From Polyangiaceae bacterium (GTDB lineage Bacteria > Myxococcota_A > Polyangia > Polyangiales > Polyangiaceae): a DNA stretch of 64,000 nt. The stretch's first letter is position 1; every line of letters begins with the position of its first letter. Of this stretch, positions 29,177-38,299 are shown piece by piece. The stretch spans positions 608,001-672,000 of the forward strand of contig CBDCTZ010000015.1 of NCBI GenBank assembly GCA_965222375.1. Reading direction: 5' to 3'. Below the pieces are notes generated by a model. That model did not search any database. It saw only the letters and a program-made list of their open reading frames with translations, and had not been told where the DNA came from. Position numbers and translations under genes: made by a program.

Positions 29177-30223
29177 TCAGGGCAGCTTCTTCACCGCCGC
29201 GGGCAAGCAGAAGAACTCAGAGCCCTTGCCGTCCAGGCAGCCGAAGGCGTGATACTTGTTCTGCCAGCCCGCGATGATGACCGTGGAGTTGTGGAGCGCT
29301 AGCAAGTCGCTACCGCTGAAGTCCGCAGAGTACTTGTCGTCATGGTCCTCGAAGGTGAGCAGCTGCAAATGGTTCTTGGCCACCGACTGGTAATCGAACG
29401 GGTTCAGCTTGCCGAAGGCGACCTTGCCTAGCTTGTCGCCGTCGGCAGCGACGTTGATCAGATCGTAGGCCGACGTCGTGGCGTTGATCACCCGCAGCTT
29501 GGAGTTGACCCCGCCGGCAACCGGCCCCGAGTCGGGCAGTATCCAGACCTCGGCGGGCTCGTTCGAATACGGGGCAGATAGCAGGGTGAAGTGGGTTGGG
29601 GGCAAACCCAAAGTGTCGACGTTGGGCATCGCAGTCGGGTAGCTCGGCGCTGCGCAGCCGTCCTTGGGCGATGCGATCGCGAAGGCCAAGGGGCCTTGCT
29701 TGAGCGGCAGGTACTTGGTCAGCCGCTGCAGGCCGTTCAGTGAAGAGGCGCTTTCGCCGTGCAGAGCGAGTAGGGGCTGCGGGTCCCAAGTGTAGGTGAT
29801 CCCGTCGTTTTGGTAGGACACGCAGAAGTCGGGGATCTGCACCTGCCCGTCAACGAAGCCGATGCGCACGAAGTACTTGCCCGCCGTGGGATCTGGCGTG
29901 CACGCGCCGCCGCCACAGTCATCAGTGCACACCCAGTCGCCAGTCTTTTCGTCGCAGCCGCAACTCGAAGGCAGGCAGATCTGCACGTCCGTATTGCAGA
30001 TCTGCCCAGCGCTGCACCCAGTCTGAACGCAACCAGCGGGGTTGGGTGCCTTGCAGGCGCTGGCACCTCCGCTCGAGGTTCCACCGGTCGCGCTCCCACC
30101 GCTCGAACCGCCGCCGGTGCTTGCGCCACCCGTGCCGTTCTGTACCGGATCCAGAGTCGTGCTGCCGCAGGCGGCGGTGAGTCCAAAAAGACAAAAGCCA
30201 AAGTAAGGTTTCAAGTTCATCAT
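29177..30223 (-). CDS. Lipoprotein with Cys module and DUF4397-like C-terminal domain
   Basis: LTAAC-GS lipobox, Gly linker, Cys cluster and KLRVINAT..INV..DG. Confidence 0.75.
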   Translation of the reverse strand: MMNLKPYFGFCLFGLTAACGSTTLDPVQNGTGGASTGGGSSGGSATGGTSSGGASACKAPNPAGCVQTGCSAGQICNTDVQICLPSSCGCDEKTGDWVCTDDCGGGACTPDPTAGKYFVRIGFVDGQVQIPDFCVSYQNDGITYTWDPQPLLALHGESASSLNGLQRLTKYLPLKQGPLAFAIASPKDGCAAPSYPTAMPNVDTLGLPPTHFTLLSAPYSNEPAEVWILPDSGPVAGGVNSKLRVINATTSAYDLINVAADGDKLGKVAFGKLNPFDYQSVAKNHLQLLTFEDHDDKYSADFSGSDLLALHNSTVIIAGWQNKYHAFGCLDGKGSEFFCLPAAVKKLP

Positions 30224-30367
30224 CGTGTCATGGCCGCTGCAGACTTAGATGGCTCACTTTGCCGCTGCCTGTTCGAAACAAAACGCCCGAACATGCGAAA
30301 GATGTGAGGATTTTTCGTCCGGTACCCGCCGAAGCGCCAAGCCTGATGGCGAAAGTGTGACCCCAGC

Positions 30368-30395
30368 TGTAACGCCTGGCCAGCCGCGTTCGTGT
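30368..30395 (+). promoter_or_regulatory. Putative ECF sigma promoter, likely autoregulated by the ECF41 factor
   Basis: TGTAAC-N17-CGTGT about 10 nt before the CMD gene ATG, resembling ECF -35 AAC / -10 CGT. Confidence 0.5.
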
Positions 30396-30405
30396 ACCCG
30401 ATGAG

Positions 30406-31023
30406 ATGACATCACAAGCTCTGCCCGCCGACCTAGCCACCGACACCCTCGCGACTCCCTCCAACACGCTAGATCACCCGCCACCACGCCTTTCGCCCAT
30501 CGACCGACCCAAGAGCCGGATCCTGCGCTTCCTCTTTTGGCAGGCGAAGCGCCGCTACGGCAAGGTGCCGACGGCGTTTCGAGTCTTGTATGCCCGCGCC
30601 CCTGCTCTGCTCATAGTTACGTTGGCTGCAGTCACGGTGCTCGAGCGGTTTTTGCGCATCCCGCACCGGATCCGCGCTCTGGTGCAGTTCGCCATCGCCA
30701 GCGAACACGGTTGCGCGTTCTGCGCGGACCTTTCACTCGCAGAAGCCATTCGTGCTCGCGTTGGGGCCGAGCGTTTCCGACACCTAGACGAGTTCGAGAC
30801 CCACGCCGCCTTTGATGAACCGGAGCGCGCTGCCATCGCCTATGCCAAGGCTCTCGCGCGAGATCGCCAAGTGCCCAAGGCGATATTCGACCGCCTCGCC
30901 GAACACTTCTCGGAGCGGGAGATCACCGAGATCGTCTGGCTCGGTGGGCTCGAGTCCTACTTTAACGCCATGGCGATCCCCCTGAGCATCGGATCCGACC
31001 ATCTCGCTCAGGGGCAGTCCTGA
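30406..31023 (+). CDS. Carboxymuconolactone decarboxylase / AhpD-like protein
   Basis: GCAFCAD CxxC motif, FDEPERAAIAYA and HFSEREITE. Typical ECF41 partner. Confidence 0.85.
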   Translation: MTSQALPADLATDTLATPSNTLDHPPPRLSPIDRPKSRILRFLFWQAKRRYGKVPTAFRVLYARAPALLIVTLAAVTVLERFLRIPHRIRALVQFAIASEHGCAFCADLSLAEAIRARVGAERFRHLDEFETHAAFDEPERAAIAYAKALARDRQVPKAIFDRLAEHFSEREITEIVWLGGLESYFNAMAIPLSIGSDHLAQGQS

Positions 31024-31040
31024 TAAGCTCCAGCATCAGA

Positions 31041-31967
31041 ATGGACGCAGCGGCCCTGGAGACCGCGTTCCACCAACATCGACGGATGTTGTGGGCCGTG
31101 TGTTATCGCCTCACCGGTGATGGGTCCGAATCCGAAGACCTGGTCCAAGACACGTTCCGCCGCGCCCTGGAGTCACCTCCCAAAGATACCGCTCGGCCCT
31201 TGGGTCCGTGGCTGGTGCAGGTCGCAACACGTCTGGGCATCGACGCCTTGAGGCATCGCAAGTCCAAAGCCTACCGCGGCCCGTGGTTGCCCATGCCCAT
31301 CGAGGATTTGGACCTGACGGCGTTGGAGCCCTCCGCAGAATCCCGCTACGGGGAGCGGGAAAGCGCCACCTTCGCGTTCTTGCTCGCCCTGGAAGTGCTC
31401 AGCGCCGAGCAGCGCGCCGTCCTGGTGCTGCGTGACGTACTGGAGCTGAGCGTGCGAGAAGTCGCCGCCGCAACGGGGCTCACCGAAGCGAACGTGCGTG
31501 TCGTGCATCATCGCGCGCGCAAGGCGATGGAGCCCTACGACTCGGAGCGCTGTATCGTCGACGACGCGCTGCTACAGCGAAACACTGCGGCCCTACAACA
31601 ACTCGGCGCTGTACTCGCAGCCGGAGACGTGCGCGCATTGACTAGCCTGCTTTGCGACGACGCCGTGTCCCTCAACGACGCCAACGGCGAGTTCCTGGCA
31701 GCGGGTAGCCCAATAGTAGGCGCCGCCAAGATCGCCAAGTTCTACGTGAAGATCCAAAGCGCCCGCGTTGATGACACCCGTGCCAGCTTCCGCACCGCGA
31801 TGGTCAACGGCCTGCCGGCAATCGTCGCCCAGTACCCCGGTGCCACCGGCAGCCTGGCCCCGCGCGCCGTGTTTCAACTGGTCGTGGACAGCAGCGGACG
31901 CATCAGCGCCATCCACGTGGTAGTCGCGAGCCCCAAGCTCCACCACGTGCATTGGCAGCCGACGTAG
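31041..31967 (+). CDS. ECF41-type (SigJ-like) sigma factor with SnoaL-like extension
   Basis: YRGPWLPMP (WLPEP-like), LSAEQRAVLVLRDV, VNGLPA and ASPKL (NPDKL-like). Confidence 0.9.
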   Translation: MDAAALETAFHQHRRMLWAVCYRLTGDGSESEDLVQDTFRRALESPPKDTARPLGPWLVQVATRLGIDALRHRKSKAYRGPWLPMPIEDLDLTALEPSAESRYGERESATFAFLLALEVLSAEQRAVLVLRDVLELSVREVAAATGLTEANVRVVHHRARKAMEPYDSERCIVDDALLQRNTAALQQLGAVLAAGDVRALTSLLCDDAVSLNDANGEFLAAGSPIVGAAKIAKFYVKIQSARVDDTRASFRTAMVNGLPAIVAQYPGATGSLAPRAVFQLVVDSSGRISAIHVVVASPKLHHVHWQPT

Positions 31968-32215
31968 TTCTGCCACCTTGATTTGGGGAGCCGAAATGTA
32001 ACTTGGCGCGACTGCAGTCAAGGCGCGTCCCACGGCCCTGCGGTGCTTCGCGACGCTCGCGGCAGCCGCGCAGGGGCCACGCGGCAACGGAATGCCCGCG
32101 TCAGGAGCTGCTGGGCTTCTTCGGCTTCTTCTTGCCGGCTTTGTGAGGCGCCTTCATGGTCGACGCCGGAAAAACGCGCAGCCTGGTCTTGCTACGCGTC
32201 GGGCGCAGATGTTCG

Positions 32216-33034
32216 TCAGTTGCCCTTCGAAACGAAGTGGCAAGACGAGCACGTCTCGAGCAGAGACGCGTACATCTTCGCGCGAGCATCAGGCGTCTTC
32301 TGAGTTGCTGCGTCGCCCACGAGTCGCTTCAGCCGATCGGCAGCGCTCCGAGCGTGCACGCCACCCTTCTTGTAGACGGCCTTGGGGAACGGCTCGCCAC
32401 TGAGCGCCTCGGCGCCTGCCTTCCAAGCGGCTTCAGACGGCCCATACAGGCCCTCCCAAAGTCGGTCCGTCGCCCACACATGCCGACGCATGCGACTCTT
32501 GAGGCTCTTGCCAGCGGTTGGCGTTGCACTCACCTCGACCTTCGGCCCGGCACCCTTGCGATGGCACGCCCCACAGGCCTTGCCAATGTCGGCGGTCGCC
32601 GCCGCAGCCGCGGGAATGTCGACGCTCGTACCGATTCGCGAGGCAGCCTTCTTCATCGCCGCCAAGGCGGGGCCACCCTTCTTGAGCTTCTTGCCTTCGT
32701 CGCTTGCAGCGAGCTTTTTCGCCGGGCCGACGGCTTTCGACAAGTTGCCGTTGATGACCGCAATGCGGATCAATTCCGTCTCCTTGAAGTGTGCTCGCAT
32801 GAGCATCTCCCGGGGTGACCCCGGGGGTGGTTCTTCCGCAACGGGCTTGAGGTCAGGGGCTTCTTCCTCTTCCGCCGCAGCCGCCGGCTCATCCGTGGGG
32901 GGCGGGTCTTCAGGTACAGCCGTCTCAGGTGCATCCGTAGGCGTCGGTGCCGCCGCGGGTTGGGAGCTCGGGCTGCCACAGCCTGCCAAGATGAGCACTG
33001 GAACTGGCAGTGCGCGGATTACGAAACCTCTCAT
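32216..33034 (-). CDS. Diheme c-type cytochrome lipoprotein
   Basis: LAGC lipobox. CGACH and CSSCH each close a helical domain. GGAGG RBS. Confidence 0.85.
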   Translation of the reverse strand: MRGFVIRALPVPVLILAGCGSPSSQPAAAPTPTDAPETAVPEDPPPTDEPAAAAEEEEAPDLKPVAEEPPPGSPREMLMRAHFKETELIRIAVINGNLSKAVGPAKKLAASDEGKKLKKGGPALAAMKKAASRIGTSVDIPAAAAATADIGKACGACHRKGAGPKVEVSATPTAGKSLKSRMRRHVWATDRLWEGLYGPSEAAWKAGAEALSGEPFPKAVYKKGGVHARSAADRLKRLVGDAATQKTPDARAKMYASLLETCSSCHFVSKGN

Positions 33035-33230
33035 GATCACCCTCCGTGTGCCCGGCACCCAAGCAATGGCCGTGCCCGATGGGATGCAGCGCGAGGCGAA
33101 TTCGCTGCGCGCTGCCACCACGGTGGTGAAATGCCCCTAGTGCAACCAACGCAGCCCGAAGCACCCGAAGATCATTGCGCTTCCAGGAAAGCGAGCCAAA
33201 CGCAGGAAGTGCAGACGCTGGCTCCCTTCA

Positions 33231-33246
33231 TGCAACGTGTGCGCCA
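33231..33246 (-). promoter_or_regulatory. Sigma54 promoter upstream of the cytochrome gene
   Basis: Minus strand TGGCGCACACGTTGCA has GG-N10-GC spacing. Confidence 0.55.
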
Positions 33247-33359
33247 CCAAGGCCTCAATCCTGCGCGCGCGCTAGCTGGCTCTGAAAAGAGGCGCGGGCT
33301 GGGTGGCTGCTCCAGATCCGAGTGCGAACTTCACAACGACCCGAGATAACCTATCCAGC

Positions 33360-34323
33360 ATGGGAAAGAGCCTCGTGTTCGGGCTGGCTGCGCTCGTCGC
33401 AGTGTCGGGTTGCGCTGGTCTGCGCGATCTAGATGCAGGGGTCTGCGGGAACGGTGTGATCGAGTCCGGGGAAGATTGCGACGGTCCCGGAAGCGACTGT
33501 GGCACGCCGGAGACCGCGAGCGCTTGTCGCTTCTTGTGCGGTTCCGAACTCGCGTGTCCAGACAGCTTCCAATGCGGCAGTGACGGAGTGTGTCGTTTCG
33601 CGACAGGTCGATTCGAACTGGCCAATGAGCTCCAGTCCGAGCAAGACGTGTTTTCACAGCTCGCCGACATGGATGGCGATGGCATTCGGGATCTGGTGAG
33701 CATGGATCCGTCCCTCGGAATTCGGGTTTCATACCTGGACGCGCGAGCGGCCGTGGTCACTACCACCCAAGTACCGACCGCTTCGCTCGACCCTCTGTAG
33801 GTCAGCTGACGGACTCGGAGCAGCTCGCTCAGGCACCGCCTCGCTTCGACCTGGTCGACGTGGGCGGTGGTGACATCAACGTGTTGCGCGGGCGCACGGA
33901 CCGGACCCTGGCACCAAGACCGGAGAAAGCCGCAGCGTGGCGGTGTTCTTGGGTTCCACCAACCGACTCCTAAGCGCACCGTTCCAGTTGACAGACGGCG
34001 GCGCGGGCACGGAGCCAGACGTAGCGCTCCGCACTTGGTTGGGGGACTTCGATGGAGATAGCCACGACGATATCGGCGCGCTCGCCATCTCTTCCAAGGT
34101 GGGATTCGTGCTCCGCGGCTGGCATCTGCCGTCGACCGGCGAAGCCGAGCTGAACGAGCAGTCCGCCAAACCCAGCGCCGAGGCCTCGGCCGGTTTTGAC
34201 TACTGCGCGGCATTGGGAACCACCATCGACCTGGGACTTCAGCTTTGTACACGAGGGCAGCTTGCGCGTGTTTCTGGCGGTGGACACTCGCGGCACGGAG
34301 CTGCCATGAGCACAGCCAGCTAG
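33360..34323 (+). pseudogene. Disrupted FG-GAP/VCBS repeat lipoprotein
   Basis: VSGC lipobox, CGNGVIESGEDCDG and ADMDGDGIRD. Stop at 33798-33800, then continuation in two other frames (VGQLTD..VLRGRTDRTLAP and GDFDGDSHDD). Confidence 0.7.
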
Positions 34324-34952
34324 GTCCAGCGCACGTCCAGCACTGCCGCGTCGATGGCTCGAGTGCAAACCTCGATCTGCGGTCTTGCCCCGCAATGCAG
34401 AATCGCTCCTTCCACCACGCCTAGTTGGTAGCAATCGATGAAGTTGGGGACCTTTGAGAACGCCATGCGCCAATGCCGTTCGGCGACACGCTGGCTCGTG
34501 ACTTGCCCTGGCTCGATGCTGACGGCATAGGCGCGCGGCGCGCGCCCGACGATGGCGTCCAAGTCGTTCCCAAGCACACCCATGATCACACGCCCGATCA
34601 GGCTGTTGGCGAAAGTAGGATAACCCAAATGCCCCACGCGACGCAGCCCTTCGCGGATTGGACGCCGCGGGTGCAACGCCTCGGCCGCATCGAGCAGCAG
34701 GTCCATGTATTCGAGCATGGGGTAGGCGCGAAACGATACGTAGCGTTTGCCTGCTGGCATTCCCGTGGGCAACACCTCGAACAGCGCTTGGAAGAACATG
34801 CCCTTCACGCTGCAGGGTGGGACCGCCATAGCGCGGTGCGCCGCCACGTCTAGGGGCGCGGTCATGTCCGGAACCGAAAACTCCAGTTCCGCTTCTAGGT
34901 TGGCGGCCACGGAGTAATTTGTGGGGATCACAGCGCCAATGGCAAGCCGCAT
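34320..34952 (-). CDS. DUF2378 (TIGR02265) family myxobacterial protein
   Basis: VKGMFF, YVSFRAYP, EGLRRVG, FANSLIGRV and GVVEG. Start uncertain (34865-34952). Confidence 0.8.
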   Translation of the reverse strand: MRLAIGAVIPTNYSVAANLEAELEFSVPDMTAPLDVAAHRAMAVPPCSVKGMFFQALFEVLPTGMPAGKRYVSFRAYPMLEYMDLLLDAAEALHPRRPIREGLRRVGHLGYPTFANSLIGRVIMGVLGNDLDAIVGRAPRAYAVSIEPGQVTSQRVAERHWRMAFSKVPNFIDCYQLGVVEGAILHCGARPQIEVCTRAIDAAVLDVRWT

Positions 34953-35005
34953 GCGCGTCCTGCCGAGGGCGCTGGCGAGATTCTCAGGGCCCGAGGAACC
35001 GCGCT

Positions 35006-35455
35006 CTACTGTCCCGTTAGGCTCACCTGCATCGTGCAACCACACTCTCTGGAACGAAACTGCCCGGTTAATTTTCGCGGATCGCCATCTTCGGGGCGCA
35101 ACTGCGTTTGGCCCATGCACCAGGTGAAGCCGCGCGGCAGAGGATCGCTCTCCAATAGCCCCCGGCTATCGAGCACTAGCAAGCCATCCGTCAACTTGCC
35201 TTCGATGCGGGATGTCGCACGGTAGCGGCGGCCATCCAAGGGTTCGGACTCGTAGAACCCCGTCAGCTTCCACTCATCGCCCATGACGTCGTCGACTAGC
35301 ATGTAGAGCTGCCCCGAAGTGCAGTAGCGGTCACTCTCGGTGTAACCCTCATAGCTGATTGGGGCGGACGTAGTGGCGGACTCTTGTTCGGCGGGCGCGT
35401 AGCAGCCCGTCAGCGCATACAGCGCATACAAGACCAAGACTGTATGGCGTGGCAT
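35006..35455 (-). CDS. Small lipoprotein
   Basis: LTGC lipobox and a strong GGAGG RBS. Confidence 0.7.
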   Translation of the reverse strand: MPRHTVLVLYALYALTGCYAPAEQESATTSAPISYEGYTESDRYCTSGQLYMLVDDVMGDEWKLTGFYESEPLDGRRYRATSRIEGKLTDGLLVLDSRGLLESDPLPRGFTWCMGQTQLRPEDGDPRKLTGQFRSRECGCTMQVSLTGQ

Positions 35456-35611
35456 TCGAACCTCCAGCAGCTTAGGACACGACTTCGACCACGTTCCGTG
35501 AGCGTTGTTCCCGCCTTTCTAGTTGGACACTTCCGCCCGCGCCTGGCTCTGTCGAGCATGACAGCAAGGCGCGGCTCGGGAGCGGCCAGCTCGCCTGACG
35601 CGACGGCTCCG

Positions 35612-35960
35612 CTAGTGGTTGCAGCTTTCGCTGGCACAGCCGAAGCGAAGGGTCAGCTTGCCCGCGGGCTGCTTGTAGAAGCGGTTGCAAGTGGAGTCAC
35701 ACAGCGCGATCTCATTTGAGCCCACAAACCACCAGCCGTCCGCGGATGCGCCGCTGCCGCAGCCACTGCTACTGCCAGCGAAGCACACCGTTCCCCAGCC
35801 GGGAGTCAGCAAGAGGTTGACCGCCCCGGCGTGTAGCTACCGCTGAACTTGAAGCTGCATTTGCTTCCGCCGCCAGGGGGAACCGTGGCGAGCACCTTGG
35901 TCCCCGTCAGGCAGGTGCCCGAGTCGGCACTGGCGTCGGACCACGAGCACCAACGCAAGC
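35612..35960 (-). pseudogene. Frameshifted C-terminal Cys domain of the type found on myxobacterial VWA lipoproteins
   Basis: KCSFKF..TPG continues in another frame as AVNLLL..DGWWF..IALCDSTC..LRFGC. The frame break is at the C4 run at 35824-35827. No start found. Confidence 0.55.
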
Positions 35961-35993
35961 TGGCCCGTCTTGAACCGATTCGCTGTCGCACCT

Positions 35994-36644
35994 CTATGAA
36001 CACGTGAAGAGCGTGCACTTGTTGCAACATTCGATGTCGAGCAGGCAGCCCACGCCCTTCGGTTTGCACGCTTTGCAGCCCGGACCGGCCAAGACGTCGC
36101 AGTAGAGCTGCGCGCAGCAATTCTGCCCCGTAACGCTGCAGCCCTGACCCTGTTGTTTGCAGTTTGAACCGCCACCTGTGCCCGGAGTTCCACCCGTACC
36201 CGGAGTGCCGCCGGTACTCGGTGTGCCGCCGGTGCTCGGAGTTCCACCTGTCGCCGGAGTGCCGCCGGTACTCGGAGTTCCACCCGTGGCTGGCGTGCCA
36301 CCGGTACTCGGAGTTCCGCCCGTGGCCGGCGTGCCGCCAGTTGCAGGCGCGCCGCCGGTCGCGGGCGTACCGCCCGTACCCGATGTGCCACCTGTCAACT
36401 GCGTGCCACCGGTGCCAGATTGACCGCCCGTACTCGGCGTGCCGCCGGTTCCCGGGGTGCCTCCTGTGGCTGACGTCCCTCCGATGGCGCCGCCCACACC
36501 AAACCCGCCACCGCCCGAGACGCCACCCGACGCGATCCCCGAATCACCGAAGCCGCCTGGCCCAACGCCGTCTCCTTGGGAATCGAGAGCGCAAGCAACT
36601 AACCCACCGCAGAGGATGACCCACCAGGTCCGTGTCGACCGCAC
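35994..36644 (-). CDS. Lipoprotein with (TGGTPx)n linker and two knottin-like modules
   Basis: LVAC lipobox, about 15 hexapeptide repeats, and two C-C-CC-C-C patterns. Confidence 0.85.
   Translation of the reverse strand: MRSTRTWWVILCGGLVACALDSQGDGVGPGGFGDSGIASGGVSGGGGFGVGGAIGGTSATGGTPGTGGTPSTGGQSGTGGTQLTGGTSGTGGTPATGGAPATGGTPATGGTPSTGGTPATGGTPSTGGTPATGGTPSTGGTPSTGGTPGTGGTPGTGGGSNCKQQGQGCSVTGQNCCAQLYCDVLAGPGCKACKPKGVGCLLDIECCNKCTLFTCS
36175..36480 (-). repeat. 18-bp coding tandem repeat (TGGTP[ASG])
   Basis: Degenerate 18-nt period, e.g. recurring CCGGTACTCGGAGTTCC. Confidence 0.85.
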
Positions 36645-36775
36645 GCCCCAGCCTAGCGCGAGCGCGCGGTTTTCGCACAGCTTCCACCCAAGAATCCGTC
36701 ACTCCTCCACTGCAAGACCCATCCGCAGTCCACGGCGCCCTCGCCTCAGTCCCGAACCGCTGTCATGATTGGCGC

Positions 36776-37324
36776 ATGCAGTTGGGCCGACTAAGCGCGT
36801 TATTCCTCTTTGGCACTGTTCTCGCTATCGGGTGCTCCGGCAAGAGCACGTCCGACGGCAGCGGCGGCAGCGCCGGAACAGGTGCGGGCGCGGGAACGGG
36901 CGGCAACCCTGGCACAGGCGCGGGCGCCGGCACCGGCGCCAGCCCTGGTAGCGGTGGCGGCGGTTCCCAAGATTGCCAATTGCCCAAGGAGCCCGGCAAC
37001 TGTCTGGCGGCCATCCCGCGCTGGTGGTTCAACGCCCAGTCCGGCAAGTGCGAACAATTCACCTACGGTGGGTGCGGTGGCAACGCCAACAACTTCGAGA
37101 GCATCGAACAGTGCGTGAAGTCCTGTGCCGTAGCGAGCGTCAACGATCCCTGTAGCGCAACCACCTGCGGCCCCGGACAATCCTGCGTCTACTTCAGCGA
37201 CGCCGCCGCCTGCGCCCCGCCCTGCGATCCCGCCGTTGGATGCCCAGTCGGAATGACCTGCGGCTGCGGCTCGAGCTGCCCGGGCTGCGACGACTGCATG
37301 ATGGTGTGCAAGCCCCAGTCCTGA
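36776..37324 (+). CDS. Lipoprotein with BPTI/Kunitz domain
   Basis: AIGC lipobox. CQLPKEPGNCLAAIPRWWFN..CEQFTYGGCGGNANNFESIEQCVKSC is the canonical Kunitz signature. Confidence 0.92.
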   Translation: MQLGRLSALFLFGTVLAIGCSGKSTSDGSGGSAGTGAGAGTGGNPGTGAGAGTGASPGSGGGGSQDCQLPKEPGNCLAAIPRWWFNAQSGKCEQFTYGGCGGNANNFESIEQCVKSCAVASVNDPCSATTCGPGQSCVYFSDAAACAPPCDPAVGCPVGMTCGCGSSCPGCDDCMMVCKPQS

Positions 37325-37435
37325 GCTCAGCGTGGCGGCGAAGCCCCAGTGCTGGGGCTGCCGCGCCGCAGGCCCAAGCTCCGCTCGGGTAAAGGGTCGG
37401 AGATCGACTTGATTGCTGGACGGTCAAACATTGGC

Positions 37436-38278
37436 ATGGCGGTTGCTGCCACCCGCCACATGCGTGGCACCGTGACAGGGGTTTGCCTGGGCCTCGCCCT
37501 GCTTGGCGCAGCCGAGCAAGGCGAAGCGCGACCCTACCTCGACCTCGACGACGAATCGCTCATGCCGCCAGCCAACGAGCCACCATTGCGGTTCCACCCC
37601 CCTGCGAAAAGCGAAGAAACGAAGCGTCAAGAGGAGCAAGCTGAACGAGCACGTCGCCGTGCCCTCGCCATCGAAGACGGCGAATACGATTTCTCCTACG
37701 GGCCTGATTGCTACTACGGCGCCCCGCGCACCCAGAGCAACTACGATTGTCCCTATCCGCTGAAGACCGGCGACGATTGGAACCCCTGGGACGATCTGTA
37801 CACCTGGGGATACACCGCCCGGGCCACCTACCTCGCTCCGATCATGGGGGGCGTGGGGTTCGCCATCCGCCGTTACACCGCTAGGCACATCGCTTTCGAA
37901 AGCAGCGTGGACATCCTCTACGGAAAAGACGCCCTCGGCGCCAAGCGAACCGAAATCCCGCTGGCCCTCGACTTCCTCTACTTTTTCTACCGGGGCGGTG
38001 AGTTCCACGGGCACATGCTCGCGGGCACCGGCGTAGCCTGGGCCTGGACGAAAAAGGACGAAGAGTCAGAGACACCTTTCTATTACGGCCTGCGACTGGG
38101 TGGCGGCGTCACCGTGATGGGCTCGCGCGATGCGGTCTGGAGCGTCGACTTGGTCGGTTTCGTCCGAGAGCGCTCGGCGGGAGCCTGGTCAGAATTTCGC
38201 AACCCGACGTCTGGCGATGAGGGCAGGGCAGTCGGAACACTGCTGCGATTGAGCGCGACGCTGCAACCCACTCTCTGA
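37436..38278 (+). CDS. Probable outer-membrane beta-barrel protein
   Basis: Signal peptide. The C-terminal half has amphipathic Gly/aromatic beta-strands. Confidence 0.65.
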   Translation: MAVAATRHMRGTVTGVCLGLALLGAAEQGEARPYLDLDDESLMPPANEPPLRFHPPAKSEETKRQEEQAERARRRALAIEDGEYDFSYGPDCYYGAPRTQSNYDCPYPLKTGDDWNPWDDLYTWGYTARATYLAPIMGGVGFAIRRYTARHIAFESSVDILYGKDALGAKRTEIPLALDFLYFFYRGGEFHGHMLAGTGVAWAWTKKDEESETPFYYGLRLGGGVTVMGSRDAVWSVDLVGFVRERSAGAWSEFRNPTSGDEGRAVGTLLRLSATLQPTL

Positions 38279-38299
38279 CGCCGTGGTACGCTGGGCCCA

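Noticed and set aside
36175..36480. Regular repeats as a possible CRISPR array
   Set aside because: In-frame 18-bp degenerate coding repeats with no spacers and no cas genes.
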